Assembly: GCA_044229975.1 (NCBI GenBank)
Contig: JBGARZ010000007.1
Coordinates: 352,001 to 416,000, forward strand
Reading direction: 5' to 3'
From: Polyangiales bacterium
GTDB taxonomy: Bacteria > Myxococcota_A > Polyangia > Polyangiales > Ga0077539
Length of the DNA stretch: 64,000 bases
The translations under genes and the position numbers were made by a program. Under the pieces are notes generated by a model that saw only the letters and a program-made list of their open reading frames with translations, made no database searches and was not told the DNA's origin. Positions 40,886 to 51,407 of the stretch are shown here, piece after piece; the first letter of the stretch is position 1; the number at the start of each line of letters is the position of its first letter.

Positions 40886-42190
40886 TCAGCGCACGGCGCC
40901 CCAAGCCGTTGCGAGCGATGGGGGCAGATCGAAGAGCGACTTCTGCCAGTCGGGGTCGATGCGCGTGAGCCGCTCGACCCAGCGCCCGCCCACCGACGTG
41001 AGCGCGTCGTGCACGACCCCGTACCGGTCGTTGAGCCGCTCGGGCAGCTCGAAGAACCCACGCAGCAACAGCACCGTCGCCTTGAGCGCTGCGCTCATGG
41101 GGAGCGAGACGGCGTCGACGCCGAGCAGGTCCGCGGCGCCCGGTCGGAGGATGTGGCGGGCGATGGCGACGGTGAAGCTGCGCGCGAAGGCCAGCGCCTC
41201 GGCCTCGCTGCGGTCGGAGGCCAGCGGTCGCAGCAGCCAGCGGGACACCCGAGGCACCCGCGCGTCGACGGCCCGCGCCGCGTACCGCAGCGGCTCGACG
41301 AGCGTGTCGGCCACGGTGGCGACGAGCCGCTCGGTGAGGTCACGGCCCTGCGTCGTGTCGCCGTGCTGCCGACGGTAGATGCGCTCGTACAGCACCTCGG
41401 CGTCGGCGAGGGTGTCGGGGAGGAGGTCTTCGCGCACGCCGAGGATGTAGCCGGTGACGCGCCAGCAGTGCAGGTAGGCGTCGCGCTCGCGCTCGTCGAG
41501 CGGCGCCCCGAGGAGCTTCAACCCGCGCAGCACCACCCACGAGAAGGTGAGCAGCGTGAAGGCCATGTCCTCCTGGCAGATGGGGCGTCCCCAGGCGGGG
41601 TTCCAGACCTTCTCGGCGAGGAGCACCCCGAGGCCGCCGCGACCCTTGAGCGCCTCCGAGGCCGCGGCCGGGTCTTCCTCCAGCAGCCTTCGCATCGCGG
41701 CGTGCAGGAGCCTCACCTTCTGCGCCGTGCGAACGCCCTCGCCCTCGTCGTCGAGCCCGCCGCGGGCCATCACGCGCACCACCATCTGCGCCGTCTCGTA
41801 GAGCCTCCGCCGCGTGTGCTTGCGCAGCAGCGTGGAGAGCGCCAGCGCGTGGACGCCGTTGCGCATCGCGTAGCACTCGGGCAGCGACGCGCAGAGCAGC
41901 GACGCGAGCGACAGCACCCCGTACCGCCGGAAGGTCTCCTCACCCAACCGCACGCGGGCCATGTCGGCCCAAGGCGGGAGCGCGGACGTCGCGCGGAGGT
42001 ACGCCTGCACCTCCTCGGGCAGCAGCGACGGCGGCGGCTGGCGGTTGTGCACCAGCAGATCGAGCAGCTCGTTGACGAGCGGAACCTGGCCGCGCTCGTA
42101 GAGCTTCTGCATCACCGCGTCGGCGGCGGGGTCGCACTCCTGGCGCATCGATTCGAGCCAGGCGTCGGTCCAGAGGTCGGTGGCGCTCAT
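40886..42190 (-). CDS. MpaB/Lcp (DUF2236) oxygenase-family protein
   Basis: DPAAD, LPPWAD, SLPECYA, RRLYETAQ, KVRLLHAAMR, PICQEDM; start MSATDLW. Confidence 0.85.
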   Translation of the reverse strand: MSATDLWTDAWLESMRQECDPAADAVMQKLYERGQVPLVNELLDLLVHNRQPPPSLLPEEVQAYLRATSALPPWADMARVRLGEETFRRYGVLSLASLLCASLPECYAMRNGVHALALSTLLRKHTRRRLYETAQMVVRVMARGGLDDEGEGVRTAQKVRLLHAAMRRLLEEDPAAASEALKGRGGLGVLLAEKVWNPAWGRPICQEDMAFTLLTFSWVVLRGLKLLGAPLDERERDAYLHCWRVTGYILGVREDLLPDTLADAEVLYERIYRRQHGDTTQGRDLTERLVATVADTLVEPLRYAARAVDARVPRVSRWLLRPLASDRSEAEALAFARSFTVAIARHILRPGAADLLGVDAVSLPMSAALKATVLLLRGFFELPERLNDRYGVVHDALTSVGGRWVERLTRIDPDWQKSLFDLPPSLATAWGAVR

Positions 42191-42226
42191 GGCCGGAGTG
42201 CGTATCACGGCCTTGCGACGAAGCGA

Positions 42227-42387
42227 CCACTCACGCTCCGCAACGCGCTCCCTCACCCGGAGGGACGCGCCCGCCCACGCCCGCGGTCGTCGACTCCGTC
42301 GGAGAGCTAAGGGTGCGGGGAGCAGACGACCGCGGGCGTGGACGGGCGCGTCCCTCCGGGTAAGTCCGCATTGGGAGGCGTGAGTGG
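42227..42387. repeat. Palindromic element copy 1
   Basis: 37-bp arms 42255-42291 and 42325-42361 (1 mismatch), extending imperfectly to CCACTCACGC / GCGTGAGTGG. Confidence 0.85.
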
Positions 42388-42589
42388 AGCGCGCCGGAGT
42401 GTCCCCGCCGCTCCGTCCGCACCTTCCGCCTTCTCGCGAAGCCTCCGTCGCCCGCCGTCCACCCCGTCCGACGTCCTCCGTCCACTCCGCGGCCCGTCCC
42501 CACTCGTCACCATCGGCCGTCGGAGCGTCCGGGACGCGATGGAAGCCCCTCCCATCGCGTCCAGAACACATCTACCTACACCCGCAGGA

Positions 42590-43345
42590 CTACCCCTTGG
42601 CGGGACCGTCGACCGGCGGTGCGGGCTCACCCTCGGCCGCCGCGGTGGCCCGGCCGATGGCCTTGTGCACCCGCGCGGCGCTCTCCGCGTCGCCCAGGAA
42701 CTCGTACAGCCCCTGGAGGATCCGCGCGAGCCCCACGCGCCGGGCGCGCGCCACCCGCAGCGTCTTGTCGCGCTTCACCAGCGCGGCCGACTCCTCGCGC
42801 GCCTCGCGGGCGAGCGCCTTCATCGTCTTGTCGAGCGCCGCGGCGTCCTCGGCGATGCCCGCGACGAGCTTCGGCACGTCGAGCGTCACGCCGCCGCGGG
42901 TGGCCTTCGGCGGGTGCGTCTTCACCCGCGCCAGAACGCTCCCTGCCAGCGCGATGAGCGCGGTCTCGCGCTCGGGCGTGGCGCCGACGAAACCGAGCTC
43001 CGTGACGACGGTCTCGTCGCACACCGAGTCGATGGTCTTGCGCAGGCCCACGAGGCGCGCCGAGAGGGAACCACGCTGCCGTTCGCGGTCGGCGAGGAGG
43101 GGCGCATCGTCGGCGCGCTCGGCCTCCAGCGCGCGCTGCGCCACCTCGGCGTCGCGCGCGGCGGCGTCGGTGGAGCGGGCGAGCCACGCGAGCACGGGGC
43201 CCAGCAACGGGACGCGCTCCCTGGCGTGGGCGACCTCGGCGAAGATCTCGGCGATGTCGGTGGCGACGCGGTCGCCCGCGGTCTCCACGAGCTTCGACAG
43301 GTCGAGCGAGGCTTCGGCCGTGCGTGCGGTGTCCTTGGCAGTCAT
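42590..43345 (-). CDS. Hypothetical alpha-helical protein
   Basis: GGAGGT RBS before MTAKDTART; Ala/Glu/Arg-rich helical character. Confidence 0.65.
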   Translation of the reverse strand: MTAKDTARTAEASLDLSKLVETAGDRVATDIAEIFAEVAHARERVPLLGPVLAWLARSTDAAARDAEVAQRALEAERADDAPLLADRERQRGSLSARLVGLRKTIDSVCDETVVTELGFVGATPERETALIALAGSVLARVKTHPPKATRGGVTLDVPKLVAGIAEDAAALDKTMKALAREAREESAALVKRDKTLRVARARRVGLARILQGLYEFLGDAESAARVHKAIGRATAAAEGEPAPPVDGPAKG

Positions 43346-43540
43346 CGATGCACCTCCCAGTGTGTGAGCGCCGCAGCTCCCTCGCGCGGACGCTTGTCGA
43401 GTAGAGCGGTAACAGGGAGACGCGGCGCTGGTGAAGGGCGAACGCGCCGACGGGACACTTCGTAGAGGTGTTGTGGGAGCAGTGAGGCGTGGACCTACAT
43501 CGAAAGCGGTGGTCCGTAGTGACTTTGAAAGGTTGGCCAT

Positions 43541-43924
43541 TCAGGGACAGTTGAGCCGCGCCGCCTCGTCCGGTTGGCAAACCTCCCACCCGTGACTTTG
43601 CAGTCCCTCATACCGCCATGGCGTCATGACATGGACCGAACCGCCCGTTTGGACATAGCAGGTGACGAGACCGCTCATCAGCCGTTCGACGGGGAGGCAC
43701 GCGATCTGAATACGGTTGGTCTGCACGCCGAAGTTGATACAGGTCGTCGGAGAGTCGAAAGCCCAACCGTAGATCGGCTCTCGCCCCGCGGGGCATGAAT
43801 CGCCTGCGACCTGGCTGCTGCCGTCGGCGACAGCAGCGTCGGTGGGGGTGACCAACTGCGACGAGCAGGCACTCAGGACTGCTGCGAGCAGAACGGACGC
43901 CCAGATGCCGATTGAATGCTTCAT
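43541..43924 (-). CDS. Small Cys-containing lipoprotein
   Basis: AGGAAGGA RBS; MKHSIGIWASVLLAAVLSAC lipobox; six further Cys. Confidence 0.6.
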   Translation of the reverse strand: MKHSIGIWASVLLAAVLSACSSQLVTPTDAAVADGSSQVAGDSCPAGREPIYGWAFDSPTTCINFGVQTNRIQIACLPVERLMSGLVTCYVQTGGSVHVMTPWRYEGLQSHGWEVCQPDEAARLNCP

Positions 43925-44084
43925 CGAAGTTCGTTCCTTCCTAAAGGCAAACAAAGCTGTAAGGGATTTGTCACTCGCAACCTCTGTTGTTGTCGGAAGA
44001 GCGATGCTTTCGGCCCGCCAATGAACCTGCCCGGTGACCCTTACCTTCCGTCGCGCAGGCTACCACCCCGAGCCCGGCCGCGGC

Positions 44085-46229
44085 CTAGTGAACGGACGGG
44101 TCGCCCGACTGGAAGTAGTCCGCAGCATAGATCGTACGGCCTCCCGCGGGTACGCCGAAGCCGATCACCTGCATGACCAAACACCGGTTCGCAATCGACG
44201 GCCCCCCATCCAGAAAAATTGCCTTTCTTGTGTAGAATGACAAGTCCCCTGCGATCATGGTGTTGCCGGCACACGAGTCGACCACTCGAATGATGATGTC
44301 GGCCACCGAGGTCAGGTCGTTCTCGAACCACATCACCGCCCACTTCCACTTGGTGATCAACGAACTCTCAGGTCCGCTGTCTCCTACCGTCCAAGAGACG
44401 GTTTGACCATTGGTGATGGTGAAACTACGCCAGCCCCAACCCCAAGGCGCCCCCATGCTGGCTCCGTCTGGCCAGTGGAGGCGAAGCCTTCCTGCACCCA
44501 TGTTCGGATCGATGTTCTGATTCTTGCCGCTGGCGGTGCCATTCGAGTGATCTCCCAGAAGCAACAGGTTCACGGCAAGGGCCCGCGCGTCGTTCCCCGC
44601 CCAGCCTATGTTGTTGAACGCTTGGCGGAGCAACCCGGCAGCGCCCGCGACGATTGGCGTAGAAATCGACGTGCCGCTCTGATCCCCAAGGTACATGTTC
44701 GTGCCCGAACTCGCATAGAGATTGGTGACGATGGCCGGAGCCGCGATGTCGACGCCTCCGACCCCCTACGGGTGACCCCCCTCCTGACAACTGGCCAAAG
44801 ACGGGCCCTCTGCCCGAGTCCACCCACCGCGTCGTCGAACCGTAGCTCGCTCCCGAGACACTTGTGTCGATCCCTGCCACGCCGATCGTGTGCGGTGAGT
44901 ACCCGGGCCAAGACAAGGTGCACAGTGGAGGCTGCTGGCCGGCGTTGCCTACCATAAAGACGGAGAGCATCCCGGCGTCCAGCCCGTTTCTTAGGAACGT
45001 ATTGATGTTGGCGCAATTTGCTGATGGGTTGCACCACCCGCCGCAGCTCGTCGTCCACGATCCGCTCAGAATGTCCACCCCGTCGATGATCGCAGCTTGG
45101 ATGGCGGTGGCACCGTCGAAACCGGTGGCAATTTGATAGTAGTACAAGCTCGATTCCGGGTTGATCCCCGATCGTTGGGCTTGTGCGGTGGTCTGATATC
45201 CGAAGAAGTTGGAGTCTTGAAAATCCTCGATGCTCCCCAGAGCCGCGGAGGTCACCAACGTTCCGTGGTCATCCCCCGCCAAAGGCAGGGCGGTCTGATT
45301 GACACAAGACCCGCCGGTGCCCGAGGAGTTCGTGCCGGAGCAATACGCGTAGCGCGCGATTCTGCTAGGGCCGCCGAAACCGTAATCCTGAAAGCCGACA
45401 TGAGCGGTATCAGTCGGCCAGCCTCGGTGATCGCGATCCGGATGCGTTGAGCGGCTCCCGTGCGGCTGCGAGCATCCCCCCTGAAGCCCGCGTTGTGCAG
45501 CACCGTCGCCAGCGTTCCAGCGCGCACCTCACTGCCGTTGTACGCCACGCCAGAATGAATCGTCGGTTCCTCGAAGCCGGCGGTGACTTCAGGCAAATCA
45601 AGAATGGACGCGACGGCTGCTCTCGGGGCTTCGACTGCCAACTGATTGGCCAGCCAGTAGCGCCCGACGACGCGTCCGCCCAGGGCCCGAATGGCCGCTT
45701 CTGCCCTGTCCTGGCTCGGACGCAACTGCTCAATGCGTGCGGCGACGCGATCCTGCCTCTGAGCCGAATCACGCGTGTTCAGTGATCTGAAGTCGAAACC
45801 AGGGTCGTCGAGGGTGACGTGAAAAGTCATCACTTCGGGAGAGGAGGTTGACGCGGCGAGGGCTCTAAGGGAATCCGTGCTGGATTGCTGGGGGGCGGGA
45901 AGGGTTCCTGCTCCTTCCGAAGCCCTAGAGCGCACCTCGCGAGCCCAGGCGATCGCGTCCGTATCCGTTGAAACACGGGCCGGCCGGAAGACTGAAGAGT
46001 TCCCCTCGCCGAAGTTCTCGGCCGCTTGACCAATCTCGCCAGGGATCGCTTCGTCGACCGTCAAGACCGCGACCGCCGCCTGATCCGTCCGATCGCTCTC
46101 TCCCGGCGACATGCAGGAGACGGCGGCGACGGCGACCCCAACGGACGACATCAACAGAACGCCCGTCGTCCGGCGCGAATTCGTACTTGACGGCTGCGTG
46201 CGCAATGTCTTGGACTTCTTGATTTTCAT
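44085..46229 (-). pseudogene. S8 subtilase-family lipoprotein split by two frameshifts (pseudogene or sequencing error)
   Basis: Three consecutive frames carry the propeptide plus IAITEAG, DDHGTLVTSAALG / VGNAG, and SGTSISTPIVAGAAGLL; shifts near 45410 and 44762-44781. Confidence 0.8.
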
Positions 46230-47012
46230 GTTGGCATCCTGAAGAGCTTGCGGTTTGGGGGTGGTCGTCTGGTGTTTAGTCTGAAGCGCTCAATAGCCGA
46301 CGCTCTTCCTGAGAGTTACTTGTGCTGAGACCTTGGGAATCGCAAAGGTGGCCGGGCGCGAATCTGACAGATTCCATCCCCTCCTTCATCGCTGTCAAGC
46401 CGCGTAGACGAGGCCAACGGGAAACGCTTTGACAGCGAGGTGCCCTCCGGCAGTGCCGGTCGTCCGTGCAGGGGCTCGGCGGTCACCGCACACGCCTCGG
46501 CGCAGGTCCGTCCAGCACGCAACGCGCGGTGGCGGTGGCGGTTCCCGTCGTCGGGGTTGGATCACGCGGCCTCCTCGCGTGTCGGGGCTGCGAGCATCGG
46601 CATCGTCGCTCGCCCGGCCAGCGGGCGCGCCGCCGACGACGGTGATCGCCGTCCTTTCCCCCGGTTCTTCGCAAAACGGGCCCACTACTCGCCATGCCAT
46701 CCAAAGGCTCCACGGCAATTTTCCCGATGGACCTTCCGTGTGGCGAAAATGCCATGAAAGATCAATGGGGAGGAGATCACGATGGCTAGCGTACGTCAAT
46801 CGGCAAACGTCGCCGCGAACTCAGCCATGGAGATGGATGTCGGCAATCAGGAGTGTATTGAGCCGTCATAAGAATGACGGCTGAGGGATTTCGCCGCACC
46901 GTGACGACGAGGCCGCTCCCCTGCTCGTCTCCAGCGCGCACCCCTGGTATCGCGATTGTCCGGATCACCGGCGCCACTCCGGATAGCGATCCCCTACGCC
47001 CGCGGTACGCGT

Positions 47013-47186
47013 CTTACCCGGAGGAAAGCGACCGCTCGCGCTCGCGGAGGTCGAGTCGGAACGGAGGTTCGACGCTCGGGATCGGCGCCCGGAGACCGTG
47101 GGCGTCGAGTCGGAGCGGAGGGCCGACGACTGGGGCGTGGACCGGTGCGTCCCTCCGGGTAAGTCCGCATTGGGAGGCGCGAGTGG
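47013..47186. repeat. Palindromic element copy 2 (degenerate left arm)
   Basis: CTTACCCGGAGG...CCTCCGGGTAAG; 47125-47186 matches 42325-42387 including a 33-bp identical core. Confidence 0.8.
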
Positions 47187-47225
47187 GGCTCTCCGGAGCG
47201 TTGTCCGGACTCCGCTCCTATCCGC

Positions 47226-49736
47226 TCATCCCGGCGAGTAGCAGCTCACGCTCGTCAGTCGATACGCGTCGTTGCCTTGCAGGCACTGGAGCGTCGAGCT
47301 CGCCGGGTCGGGCACCACCGTCACCGCGTACGGCGCCGCGCGCACCGCCACGCCCGCCCACGTGCAACGCACCGTCGTGCACGCGCCCGCTTCGAGCCGC
47401 ACGCCCGTCGTGGCCGTGCACGCCACCGCCGCGCCCGCGTCGCCCTCCGCCAGCTCGAACGCCACCGGAACACCGCTCGCCGCCGGCGCCGTCCCGCGGT
47501 TGCACACCGTTGCTGAGAGTTCGATGGTGCCGGTGCTCACGGCCACGGCGCACTCGCTCGCGCTCGCCGAACGCACCGTGAAGTCCGCGACGGCGGTGGG
47601 GTTCAATCCCCCTTGGGTGTTCTGTCGGAAGTTGTTGAGACCCGGTGCGCGCCAGTTGGGCACACGCAGGTGCGACGCCGGGATGACCCCGGTGTCGCTC
47701 ACGTTGGTGATCGAGTAGGCGTGTTCGTTCCAGATGGGTCGCGACGGCGTCCAGCGACCGCGCGGATCACCGAACACCTGCACGCCCCCGAAGCGCGTCC
47801 CCACCAGCGCGCGGCAGACATTGCCGGTGCCCATGGACCCGGTGTCGGGCGCGCGGCAGCCGTAGCCACGATCGCCGCACTCGGCGTCGGCGGTGCAACG
47901 GCACAGTCCCCCTTCGCAGGGCATCGACGACGACGGGCAGTCGGCCGAGGTCGAGCAGCGCAGCCCCGGGAAGATGCTGTCGTAGCCCATGGGCGCGAGC
48001 GACCCGCAGGTGATGGAGCAGTCGTCGTCATCAGGAACAACGATCTCCGCCTTCAGGTCGCCATTGACGTCGACGACGATGGGCGTCTCGTACCAGGTGC
48101 AGCTCGGTCGATAGCGCGAGAAGAGCACAGCGCCGCTGCCGCCGTCGTAGACGCGCGTGAAGCACTCGTCGGCGTACACGGCCTCGGCCGCGCCATCGCC
48201 GTTGAAGTCGAAGACGCTCGACCCGGTGGAGTGGCTGGAGGCGTCCTGGTTGGCGCGCGTCCAACGGATGCCACGCGCGGCGCAGCCCGCCGGGACCGTG
48301 GCGCCCGCCCCCACACACTGGAGGTCGAAGATCAGGTAGCTCGCACGCGCCGCCGCGGCGAAGTCCACGTGGCCGTCGCCGTTGAAGTCGGCTGCCGTGG
48401 GAGGGCCGCCCGTCCCGCCGCCGGGGATGGCCACGGGGCCGAAGACGACCGTGCCGCGGGTGGTCTGCACGCGAGCGGTTCCGGTGGAGATGACCGCGAC
48501 CTCGGGGTCGCCCGGCATGGTGCCCGGGAAGTCTCCGAAGTCCGCGACGGCGACCATGCCGTCGGCGAGCGGCGCGCTCGGGGTGAAGAAGGTCGCGGGG
48601 ACCCACGCGCGGGTGGTGACGTTCCACGACCAGATGCCCGCGCCGGTGACCAGCTCGGGGATGTGTCGCGCGTCGTTGTCGACGTCGGCCGTCACGGCGA
48701 ACTGCCCCTGCCAGTAGGCCATCGACGGCGCGAGGTGCGCGTCGAGCAGAACACCATTGCGGTCGTACACCGCGCCGCCGAGGGTGATCTCGGGCACGCC
48801 GTCGTCGTCGAGGTCGACGATGGAGGGTGATGCCCACGTGCGCGGGTGCGTGGCGTCGGGCGCGCCCGCGGCGGTGTGGCTGCGCCAGAGGAGCGTCCAC
48901 GCGCGCATCCCAGGGTCGAAGCGGAACGCCACAAGTCCGCCGGGGTTGTTGTCGACGTGACCCTCGCGGGTGTCGGGCATGCTCGACGCGACGATCTCGG
49001 CGCGGCCGTCGCCGTCGAGGTCGCCTACCGCGGCGCTCGCGGCGCCGTTCACGAGGTGGGCGTCGATGGTGAACTGCACCTCGCAGGTGCGGCCGTCGAG
49101 CACGCGCAGCACGCCTTTGTAGTTGGCGGTGCTCCAGGTGGAGGCGGGGTGCATCGGGGCGACGATGCTGGGGCGGGCTTCGGTGGCCGTCGGGTCGAAG
49201 CGGAAGTCCACGACGACGAGCGACGGCGACACGCTGGTGTACCCGTGGAAGGGGTCGCTCGCGGGCGAGCGGTCTTCGTACGAGCACAGGATGCCCGGCG
49301 CGAGGAAGGCCGGAACCGTCGGCCGCGTGCACGCCGCGTTGGTCTCGCCGGGGTTGTAGGGGACGCATCGCCCGCTCACGCAGCGGGAGTCGCCGGGGCA
49401 CGCGGTGACGGCGCCATCGGCGACGTCGCAGGCGCCGCGATCGGGTGCGCACTGGCCGAGCTCGGGGTCGCAGTATTGACCGTCGGGGCAGCGGGTTCCG
49501 GCGTCGAGCGAGCACGGGGTCGGCCGGTCGACGGGGACATCGGGGACGTCGACGCGGGCAGGGATGTCGATGGGGATGGGGACGTCGATGCGAGGCGCGT
49601 CGAAGGCCGCGTCGGGGCGGGCGCACGCGGCGCCGACGCACGCATCGGGGACATCGGGCGCGGCGGCGCCGGGCGGATCGAAGCACGCGGCGGAGAGCGC
49701 CACGAGGGCGAGGAGCGAGCGGAGGGGCGGCGCCAT
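47226..49736 (-). CDS. FG-GAP/VCBS beta-propeller lipoprotein with C-terminal CARDB-like domain
   Basis: SAAC lipobox; GDLDGDGRAEIV, DLDDDGVPEI, DFNGDG, DVNGDLKAEI; WNEHAYSITNV; ATVCNRG. Confidence 0.85.
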   Translation of the reverse strand: MAPPLRSLLALVALSAACFDPPGAAAPDVPDACVGAACARPDAAFDAPRIDVPIPIDIPARVDVPDVPVDRPTPCSLDAGTRCPDGQYCDPELGQCAPDRGACDVADGAVTACPGDSRCVSGRCVPYNPGETNAACTRPTVPAFLAPGILCSYEDRSPASDPFHGYTSVSPSLVVVDFRFDPTATEARPSIVAPMHPASTWSTANYKGVLRVLDGRTCEVQFTIDAHLVNGAASAAVGDLDGDGRAEIVASSMPDTREGHVDNNPGGLVAFRFDPGMRAWTLLWRSHTAAGAPDATHPRTWASPSIVDLDDDGVPEITLGGAVYDRNGVLLDAHLAPSMAYWQGQFAVTADVDNDARHIPELVTGAGIWSWNVTTRAWVPATFFTPSAPLADGMVAVADFGDFPGTMPGDPEVAVISTGTARVQTTRGTVVFGPVAIPGGGTGGPPTAADFNGDGHVDFAAAARASYLIFDLQCVGAGATVPAGCAARGIRWTRANQDASSHSTGSSVFDFNGDGAAEAVYADECFTRVYDGGSGAVLFSRYRPSCTWYETPIVVDVNGDLKAEIVVPDDDDCSITCGSLAPMGYDSIFPGLRCSTSADCPSSSMPCEGGLCRCTADAECGDRGYGCRAPDTGSMGTGNVCRALVGTRFGGVQVFGDPRGRWTPSRPIWNEHAYSITNVSDTGVIPASHLRVPNWRAPGLNNFRQNTQGGLNPTAVADFTVRSASASECAVAVSTGTIELSATVCNRGTAPAASGVPVAFELAEGDAGAAVACTATTGVRLEAGACTTVRCTWAGVAVRAAPYAVTVVPDPASSTLQCLQGNDAYRLTSVSCYSPG

Positions 49737-49793
49737 GAGGGGCGATCGTGGCATTGATCGCGGGGCGCGGGGGAGTTGCTGCGAGGGTGGCCG

Positions 49794-51164
49794 TCAGTCG
49801 GCGGGTCGGTAGCCGATGCGGAGCACGCGGTTGCTGAGGTCGTCGCTCACGTACACGGCGCCGTCGGGGCCTTCCCTCAGGTCGACGGGCTTGGCGTCCC
49901 AGGTGCCTTGCACGAGCGCTCCGGCGCGCAGCTCGCCGACGACCGGAGCGAGCGAGCGCACGGTGCCGTCGGCCGCGACGTCGGCGCGCGCGACGAGGCG
50001 ACCGTTCTGCATGGACTCGCGGTTCCAGGAGCCGTGCGAGGCGATGAGCAGGCTGCCGCGCCAGGGGAGCAGCGAGCCCGTGTACTCGGTGACGCCGAGC
50101 GGCGCCCAGTGCGCGGGCATGGCGAAGGCGGGCGGGCGCACGTTGGCCGGGTCGCGGCACCACTCGTCGCCGCGCGGCTCGGGCGCGAGGGACTCCGGGT
50201 CGGCGTGCTGCGTGCCTGGTCCGTTGCCGCCCGGCAGAACCCCTTCGGAGAAGCACGACGGATAGCCGTAGAAGCGCGGCGTGACGGTGTCGATGAGGTT
50301 GAGCTCCTCGGCGGGGTTGTCGATGTGGATGTCGTTGCCGATCGGGCGCGCGAGGCTGTCGCGGCCGTTTTCGACGCCCCACAGCCGGCCCGCGCGGTCG
50401 AAGGCGAGGCCGCTCTCGTTGCGCATGCCCGACGCGATGACCTCGCCCGTCGCGTACTCCATCGGACGCGCGAGCGTCGCGGGGATGACGAAGCGGCGGA
50501 TCATGCTGCGGAGCGACAGATCGCTGGGGCTCTGGTCGAGGTTGCCGCCCGACCCGACGTCGACGTAGAGCCTGCCGTCGGGGCCAAACACGATGGCGCG
50601 CACGGCGTGCCCGCCGGGCGGCATCCCGATGACCACGCGGGTGGGCTTGGAAGGAGAGACGCGCAGCCCGCGGGTGTAGGGCCAGCGCAGCACCTCGGTG
50701 GGCGTCGACGCGTACACGAAGGCACCGTCGGGGCTGAAGGCCATCCCGTGGTTCACGCCCATGGTGTCGGTGAAGCGGGTGCGCTCGGCGGGGCCGGAGG
50801 TTCCGTCGCCGTCGTCGTCGTGGAGCACGGTGATGCCGTCGCCGTCGGTGAGGAAGAGGTCGCCGTTGGCCGCAAACGCGAGGCCGCGCGCGCGACGCAG
50901 GCCCGTCGCGAAGGTGACGAGGCAGAGGCGCGGGTCGGAGGTCCAGGCGCTGAGCGCGGTGCCGCGGCAGGTGCCGACGGCGGGGGCGACGGCGACGTCG
51001 ACGGGCGCGGGGCGATCGACGGCGGGCACGTCGATGGGCGCGGGGCGATCGACGAGGAAGGGCACGTCGGAGGCGATCACGGCCGGACGCGGCGGAGCGT
51101 CACACGAGGCGATCGCGACCGAACCGAGCAGGGCGAGTGACGCGCGGGCGGCAGAGGGGACCAT
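49794..51164 (-). CDS. PQQ-dependent sugar/sorbosone dehydrogenase-family lipoprotein
   Basis: FGPDGRLYV, ASGMRN, LWGVENGRD, FYGYP, AHWAPLG, HGSWNR, GPDGAVYVSDD. Confidence 0.88.
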   Translation of the reverse strand: MVPSAARASLALLGSVAIASCDAPPRPAVIASDVPFLVDRPAPIDVPAVDRPAPVDVAVAPAVGTCRGTALSAWTSDPRLCLVTFATGLRRARGLAFAANGDLFLTDGDGITVLHDDDGDGTSGPAERTRFTDTMGVNHGMAFSPDGAFVYASTPTEVLRWPYTRGLRVSPSKPTRVVIGMPPGGHAVRAIVFGPDGRLYVDVGSGGNLDQSPSDLSLRSMIRRFVIPATLARPMEYATGEVIASGMRNESGLAFDRAGRLWGVENGRDSLARPIGNDIHIDNPAEELNLIDTVTPRFYGYPSCFSEGVLPGGNGPGTQHADPESLAPEPRGDEWCRDPANVRPPAFAMPAHWAPLGVTEYTGSLLPWRGSLLIASHGSWNRESMQNGRLVARADVAADGTVRSLAPVVGELRAGALVQGTWDAKPVDLREGPDGAVYVSDDLSNRVLRIGYRPAD

Positions 51165-51407
51165 GGCGTGAGGCTAAACCCCTCGCGTCGACGCCGCGGG
51201 CGTTGACTTTGCCCCCGGCGGGGAAATATGCGCCGCGACAGGCCACGGGCGCCGTGTCCCTCGTTTGCACACCGTCTGCACCAACGAAGCACAGCCCGGC
51301 CACCCTCTGTGGCGCGGACGACGGTGCGGACCGCTCGGCACGAGAGCTGCGACAGGTCTCCACGGGCGCCCGAGCGATGCCCACGGTAGGAGCGCGCTGA
51401 GTCCCCG

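Noticed and set aside
46230..47012. Short ORFs in the gap upstream of the subtilase
   Set aside because: No coherent codon bias, RBS or motif; treated as non-coding or decayed sequence.
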